From: an uncultured candidate division Zixibacteria bacterium
GTDB taxonomy: Bacteria; Zixibacteria; MSB-5A5; UBA10806; 4484-95
Assembly: GCA_963668625.2 (NCBI GenBank)
Contig: CAXXKA010000008.1
Location: forward strand, 1,120,001-1,184,000
Length of the DNA: 64,000 nt
Direction of reading: 5' to 3'
Below the pieces are notes generated by a model that had not been told where the DNA came from, ran no database searches, and saw only the letters and a list, made by a program, of their open reading frames with translations. Every line of letters starts with the position of its first letter. Position 1 is the stretch's first letter. Positions 58,893-64,000 of this stretch are shown here, piece after piece. Made by a program: the position numbers and the translations under genes.

Positions 58893-59068
58893 TATCCGGA
58901 TTCCAAAGCGCTGGTGTTTTTAAAAAATCTCCTACGGCGCCATTGCGAGGGGGTGAAACGGACGAGGCAATCAGCTAGTTATTATCACTTTATAGATGGA
59001 TTAATTCGCTTCGTTCGTAATAACTGTCTTTACTGTTTTTTCAACAACTCGGCTGCCTCATAGCGAGG
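58893..59068 (-). repeat. REP/MITE-like intergenic element, copy 2
   Basis: Inverted homolog of 30066-30238; core CCTACGGCGCCATTGCG at 58931-58947. Confidence 0.75.
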
Positions 59069-59188
59069 GGGAATGGACGCTGCTAGCCTGAACTTGATTT
59101 AAGCCTCATGTGGGCGGGATACGAGCTTTCGGTAGTGTCAACAATTATCAATAGATTTACCCGAAATGATATACTAAATTCAATCACG

Positions 59189-60085
59189 ATGAAACTCTCA
59201 ACCAAATCCAAAAATATTTTCGCTGAAATCGGCTTGTTTTATTCGGCTGCTATTTGGGGTTCTACGTTTTTTATTGTCAAACGAGCCCTGGATGGGATCG
59301 ACCCGGTAATTCTGGTGGGTTATCGATTTCTCATTGCGGCGGCGTTGCTGATAATCCCTCTGCTTTTAGCTCGCAAATCACTTACCGGCTTTTTAAAAGA
59401 GGGAATGATTTTAGGAATACTATTGTGGGTGTTGTACGTCGCTCAGACAATCGGCTTGAAATATACCACCGCCGCCAATTCCGGACTTATTACCGGGTTG
59501 TTCGTGGCATTCGTGCCGATTTTCTCGATTACTATTTTTCGCAAAATACCGACTGTAACGGCGGTTGCGGCCACCCTCATCTCCGTATCAGGATTATGGG
59601 TACTCACCGGCGGCCTTGAAGATATTAATTTCGGCGATATAATCACGCTTATAACAGCCGTTGCCTATGCTGTTCATATTCTTTATGCGGATAAATTCAT
59701 CAAGCGCGGAGCGGATCCCTATGTTTTGAGCTTTCAGCAATTCGTTTTCGTCGGAGCAGCCAGCGTGCTGACCGGTATACTTTTCGACTTGCCGTTTACT
59801 ATCGATTCACAGCAGGCATTTCGAATGATGTTGTTCCTGGCGGTATTCCCCTCGTTAACGGCTTTCGCCATTCAGTTAATCGCCCAGAGGCACACGCCAC
59901 CGATAAGGGTATCGCTCATTTTGGCTTTCGAACCGGTGTTCGCCGTGTTATTCGCCTGGACATTGGGCAACGAGACTTACTCGTTTAATAAAATGATGGG
60001 CGGAGTTTTGATATTCGCCGCGTTGATCATATCGGGTATACCCTCCCGGTCAATTATCCGCGCCAAAGAAAAAGCCCCGGAATAA
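59189..60085 (+). CDS. EamA/DMT transporter
   Basis: IWGSTF, QTIGLKYTTA, GD..TL and EPVFA; about 10 TMs. Confidence 0.9.
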   Translation: MKLSTKSKNIFAEIGLFYSAAIWGSTFFIVKRALDGIDPVILVGYRFLIAAALLIIPLLLARKSLTGFLKEGMILGILLWVLYVAQTIGLKYTTAANSGLITGLFVAFVPIFSITIFRKIPTVTAVAATLISVSGLWVLTGGLEDINFGDIITLITAVAYAVHILYADKFIKRGADPYVLSFQQFVFVGAASVLTGILFDLPFTIDSQQAFRMMLFLAVFPSLTAFAIQLIAQRHTPPIRVSLILAFEPVFAVLFAWTLGNETYSFNKMMGGVLIFAALIISGIPSRSIIRAKEKAPE

Positions 60086-60122
60086 TATCCGAGGCTTAAA
60101 CCATTTTACTATCGAATAGTTT

Positions 60123-62396
60123 TTATTTCATCAAGGTCATTTTCATAACCTGAGTCTCGCCCTCCAAGGAGAGTTTGTACAGGTATACGCCAGAGGGAGC
60201 ATCACCAGCGTTCCAGTAAAACGTATGCAGCCCGGCGTTAAGCTGTCCCTCATGCAGGGTAGTGACTTTCTGGCCGAGTACGTTAAATATATCGAGGCTG
60301 GCGTAGCCGGCGCCGGGTATCCTGAAACTGATACTGGTGGTGGCGTTAAACGGATTCGGGTAATTGCCGATAAGCTCGAAACTCTCGGGTCTGGCATTGA
60401 TTTCGCCATCCTCGATACCGATCGGCTCCTCGATAGTCATCGTGTATTGCTGATCATCCGTTTCCTCATCATCGTCTATACATTCGATCGTGAAGTCGTA
60501 TTCGCCATCAGTCGTAGGTATACCGGTGATCACACCGGTATTCTCATCAAGAGTTAAACCGTCCGGCAGCTGACCATCACCAACCTGATATATATACGGG
60601 GCCTCTCCGCCGCGAGATTCGATAACGGCGTTATAGGCAATGCCGGTTATGCCATCCGGCAAATCGGTGGTAACGATATTCATTCCGTAGCTTTGATGGT
60701 TGGATAGTTTCAGTATCCAATCATAAGGATCGAATCGGAGGTTAGTGGGATTACCGTTTAATACGAATCTGAAATCATCCTCACGGCTATCGTCCCAAAC
60801 AGTTATCAAAGTATCCTCGCCGTTAACTCTCCAGTATGTCTGAATCGGCATAGTGAATACCTCGGGAGCGGGATTGTTTTGCGCCTGGCGAATATGCAAA
60901 AACACCTCGTATTGGCCATTACCGATATCCTCGGCTATCCAGGAGTAGCTGTACCAGGGACGGTTCATACCCCAGATCCACTGATCGAAAAACCAGCCTA
61001 ATTCTCCACCGTAATGTTCTTCCATGACCGCCTGGAATTCGCGGGTGGTGGTGACGCTATACATGAAACGAGGATCGGTGGCGTAATCGTAAATGCCTTC
61101 GAAAAACGGCTCATCGCCCATAACACCGCGCAACATGTGAAGTACCCAGGAGCCTTTATTGTAGACTGTATTGCCGCTGAAAAGCTCATCAGGGTCGTAA
61201 ATCGGGCCGCTGGGATCGTTGACTCCATTGGAATTATTCATGTAATTCTGGTAAGCTGTTTGTCCCTCCAAATGTTCGAACCAGAGCGGCTCGGCATAGG
61301 AGGCGAACCCCTCGTTCATCCAAATCTCGGGCCAGATATCCGGCGAAATCATATCGCCGAACCATTGATGCGACAATTCATGAGCTACTATGTGGTCATA
61401 AGCATGATCGCCGCGTATGAGCCCTCTGCCGTAGCTGGTGTTACACTGATGTTCCATCGCGCCACTCCAGGGGAACACCGAGTGGCCGTATTTTTCGTTG
61501 AAAAACGGGTATTCACCGAATATTCCGGCGTAAAATTCGATTATACTGGGGGTAACACTCAAATCCTCGACCGCGTTGTTGTAATGCTCCGGGTAAACAT
61601 AGTTGACAACCGGCATCGAATCGCCCTCGGCATTGACATACCAGTCGGTGAATTCCAGGTAGTTCGATATTGTCATGCATACCAGGTAGGTGGTTATGGG
61701 GTAGCTGTTGTGCCAGTGGAAAGTCCGGGTACCGTCGCCGTTATCCGTATTGCTTACCAGTAAACCGTTCGAGGTAGCAACCAGATCCTCATCGACAGTA
61801 ATATGAATATCTGAGGTATCGGCTTTATCGCGCGGCTGATCCTTGCAGGGCCACCAGTCGCGGGCGCCTTCCGGTTCCGATAGTGTCGAGATAATAGGTT
61901 GACCGTTATGAGTTTCCCAAGTGAATGAGCCAAAACCGCTGGACTGGGGATTACCATGGTAGAAAACGGTGGTGGTAACCATATCGCCTGCCATGTAAAC
62001 CTCATCAAGATTTATCGTGAGGATACTGCTACTATGAGAATACGAAAGAGGCAAACCATTGGCTTTAGCAGAATCGACAACCATACCGGCCGTGAAATTG
62101 TACTCGATCTCGCTGAAATTATCTATCAGTACCTGAGACTGTATGATAACATAACCGGTAATAGACTCTCCCGCTAAATCGGTAACATTGACATATAAGT
62201 CCCAGTATTTAACATCATAATCTTCCATGCTGGTGATCAGATCGGTAGTCATATTTCTTTCGAGGATTTTAAAATGATCATATTTCATTTTCCATCGAGC
62301 ATCGAAAAAATCCTGTCTCTCACTTACACTCTGGGCAAACAATATCGATGGTAAAATCAATACAAAAGCCCAAACGATCAATAGCTTAAATTTCAT
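60123..62396 (-). CDS. Secreted M1 aminopeptidase with Ig-like and T9SS-A/FlgD-like C-terminal domains
   Basis: GAMEH, HELSHQW-x-NEGFA, YNKGSW, LPDGLTL and NYPNPFN. Confidence 0.9.
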   Translation of the reverse strand: MKFKLLIVWAFVLILPSILFAQSVSERQDFFDARWKMKYDHFKILERNMTTDLITSMEDYDVKYWDLYVNVTDLAGESITGYVIIQSQVLIDNFSEIEYNFTAGMVVDSAKANGLPLSYSHSSSILTINLDEVYMAGDMVTTTVFYHGNPQSSGFGSFTWETHNGQPIISTLSEPEGARDWWPCKDQPRDKADTSDIHITVDEDLVATSNGLLVSNTDNGDGTRTFHWHNSYPITTYLVCMTISNYLEFTDWYVNAEGDSMPVVNYVYPEHYNNAVEDLSVTPSIIEFYAGIFGEYPFFNEKYGHSVFPWSGAMEHQCNTSYGRGLIRGDHAYDHIVAHELSHQWFGDMISPDIWPEIWMNEGFASYAEPLWFEHLEGQTAYQNYMNNSNGVNDPSGPIYDPDELFSGNTVYNKGSWVLHMLRGVMGDEPFFEGIYDYATDPRFMYSVTTTREFQAVMEEHYGGELGWFFDQWIWGMNRPWYSYSWIAEDIGNGQYEVFLHIRQAQNNPAPEVFTMPIQTYWRVNGEDTLITVWDDSREDDFRFVLNGNPTNLRFDPYDWILKLSNHQSYGMNIVTTDLPDGITGIAYNAVIESRGGEAPYIYQVGDGQLPDGLTLDENTGVITGIPTTDGEYDFTIECIDDDEETDDQQYTMTIEEPIGIEDGEINARPESFELIGNYPNPFNATTSISFRIPGAGYASLDIFNVLGQKVTTLHEGQLNAGLHTFYWNAGDAPSGVYLYKLSLEGETQVMKMTLMK

Positions 62397-62560
62397 AATT
62401 ACCTCTTTTCAAGCGCCTTTCTGACATTAATCTATTAATAAATAAGATAACACGAATCGTCTTTTTGTCAACTATTATCAAATTAGTGTCTAACGGTATG
62501 TTAATACTAAACTTACGCTATGTTCTTTCCTCTGCCTTCCGTTGATTAGCGGGTTAATTA

Positions 62561-63244
62561 TCACGGTTTACGAATCTCTAAAAAAACACTCGAGTCGTCA
62601 ATCGTGTATGTAATAGAATTCAAGCCCAGTTGTGAGGCAATCTCAGTCAGTTTGGTCGGGGAGTAGGTCGAGGCCTTGAATCCATCCTTACAGGTAATTT
62701 CTCCATCGCCGGTTTTATCGTAGTCAATCTCGCCTAATAGCCCCTCGTTCGCCTGGGCCTCGAACCATTGCAGGCGATATATCCAGAAATCTCGGGCATA
62801 TGAGGAAAACATCACCAAACCACCCCTTTTAGCAATCCTATAAGCCTCGCTGAGCAATTTCAGGTTATCTACTTTGAAAGCGGAGATGCCGTTTTGCAGG
62901 CATATTACCATATCGAACGAATTATCTTTAAAACCCAGCATCTCGGCTTTCATGCCGGCCAATTTTATCTCGGGGTAGGCTTTCAGGTAATCGGAGGCCA
63001 TTTTCAAACTCGCTCTGGATTTGTCTATACCGACTATCAGGCTGGACTCGTTTGCCATCTCGGTTAATATCCGACCGTATCCACAGCCAAGCTCCAGCAC
63101 CGAATCGCCGGGTGAAATCTTTGACCTGACATGATCGATCTCGGATGTGAGGTATCGGGCTATCCTTGGCGGAGCGATCTCGTAAACGCGTTTGAGCTTC
63201 TCGGCCGCCAGTTTCTGATCATAATATTCCGTATTGCCGGTCAT
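62561..63244 (-). CDS. Class I SAM-dependent methyltransferase
   Basis: VLELGCGYGR, GID and SFDMVIC. Confidence 0.88.
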   Translation of the reverse strand: MTGNTEYYDQKLAAEKLKRVYEIAPPRIARYLTSEIDHVRSKISPGDSVLELGCGYGRILTEMANESSLIVGIDKSRASLKMASDYLKAYPEIKLAGMKAEMLGFKDNSFDMVICLQNGISAFKVDNLKLLSEAYRIAKRGGLVMFSSYARDFWIYRLQWFEAQANEGLLGEIDYDKTGDGEITCKDGFKASTYSPTKLTEIASQLGLNSITYTIDDSSVFLEIRKP

Positions 63245-63247
63245 TGC

Positions 63248-63817
63248 TCAACTCAGTTTATTGATTTTTTTATGGCGAAAACAATCGGTCGTGTGATCGT
63301 TTACCATTCCCACTGCCTGCATGAAAGCGTAACAGATAGTAGAACCTATGAATTTAAAACCGCGCTTTTTTAGATCCTTGCTCATGTCATCGGAAATTCC
63401 CGTTCGTGCGGGGATATCTTTTAGTGTTTTAGGTTTGTTCCTGATTGGCTTGCCGTCAGTAAAACGCCAGATATATCTATCGAAACTGCCAAACTCCTTT
63501 TGCACTTCTATAAAAGCCTTAGCGTTAACAACAGCAGCGTTAACTTTAAGCTTATTCCTGATAATGCCGGGATTGTGCAGTAGTTTCTCTATCTTGGCTT
63601 GCTTATAGCGTGCGATTTTAGCGTAATCGAAATTATCGAATAGCTTGCGGTAATTCTCGCGTTTGTTCAAAACGGTCGACCAGCTCAAGCCTGCCTGTGC
63701 TCCCTCTAATATCAGAAACTCAAACAGAGTTCGATCATCATGAACGGGCACACCCCACTCATCATCGTGGTAAGCGATCATCAGCTCGTTAGTTCCGGCC
63801 CATTGGCATCTTTTCAT
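63248..63817 (-). CDS. tag: DNA-3-methyladenine glycosylase I
   Basis: RCQW, YHDDEWG, LEGAQAGLSW and MVNDHTTDC. Confidence 0.95.
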   Translation of the reverse strand: MKRCQWAGTNELMIAYHDDEWGVPVHDDRTLFEFLILEGAQAGLSWSTVLNKRENYRKLFDNFDYAKIARYKQAKIEKLLHNPGIIRNKLKVNAAVVNAKAFIEVQKEFGSFDRYIWRFTDGKPIRNKPKTLKDIPARTGISDDMSKDLKKRGFKFIGSTICYAFMQAVGMVNDHTTDCFRHKKINKLS

Positions 63818-63880
63818 AAAACGCTCCCGGCTATATAATATTTATACGAGAAAATGCATTAATCGAGTTGCGAATAATTT

Positions 63881-64000
63881 CTACATTTTACCCTGAAATT
63901 CAGCTAATTTTTCAGCATAGGTTTTATTACCGGGGTCGTTCTCCAATGCCTGACTCATGGATTGAGCTGCCTCGGTTGTTTTTCCCAGGGCATCATATAT
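63881..64000 (-). CDS. C-terminal end of a TPR-like protein (5' end outside window)
   Basis: IYDALGKTTEAAQSMSQALENDPGNKTYAEKLAEFQGKM*. Confidence 0.6.
   Translation of the reverse strand: MYDALGKTTEAAQSMSQALENDPGNKTYAEKLAEFQGKM

Noticed and set aside
140-63608. Numerous short antisense or overlapping ORFs in the six-frame track (e.g. 36732..37340, 61014..61763)
   Set aside because: They are shadows of well-supported genes, with no recognisable motifs.

Overview
64-kb window of ordinary chromosome from an anaerobic, probably uncultured diderm bacterium. Two secreted proteins end in an 'NYPNPFN' T9SS-A/FlgD-like domain, which suggests an FCB-related lineage such as Zixibacteria; this is inference only. 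About 50 CDSs are present: chlI/chlD-type chelatase, xth, tldD/pmbA, an rsgA-kinase-GNAT operon, pilT with an MshEN/HD protein, a nifS-selD fusion, Na+-pumping acyl-CoA decarboxylase mmdADCB, a DUF6754 four-gene membrane cluster, asmA, orphan citF, a NuoE/NuoF-GltD/NuoG-N/FMN-glutamate-synthase redox operon, recA, Tat-exported SOD and peptidases. I saw no rRNA, tRNA, CRISPR array, integrase or intact transposase. Main signals the ORF track misses: (1) an A9G slippery site joining chlI to a vWA domain in the -1 frame; (2) an unannotated 20-codon leader peptide with mutually exclusive terminator/antiterminator hairpins ahead of the rsgA-kinase-GNAT-GNAT operon; (3) five sigma28-like promoters, four before non-flagellar genes and one before a possible ~58-nt sRNA; (4) a LexA-type box in the recA promoter; (5) two inverted copies of a ~175-bp REP/MITE-like element; (6) two decayed gene remnants. 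All product calls come from motif recognition by eye, not from database searches.
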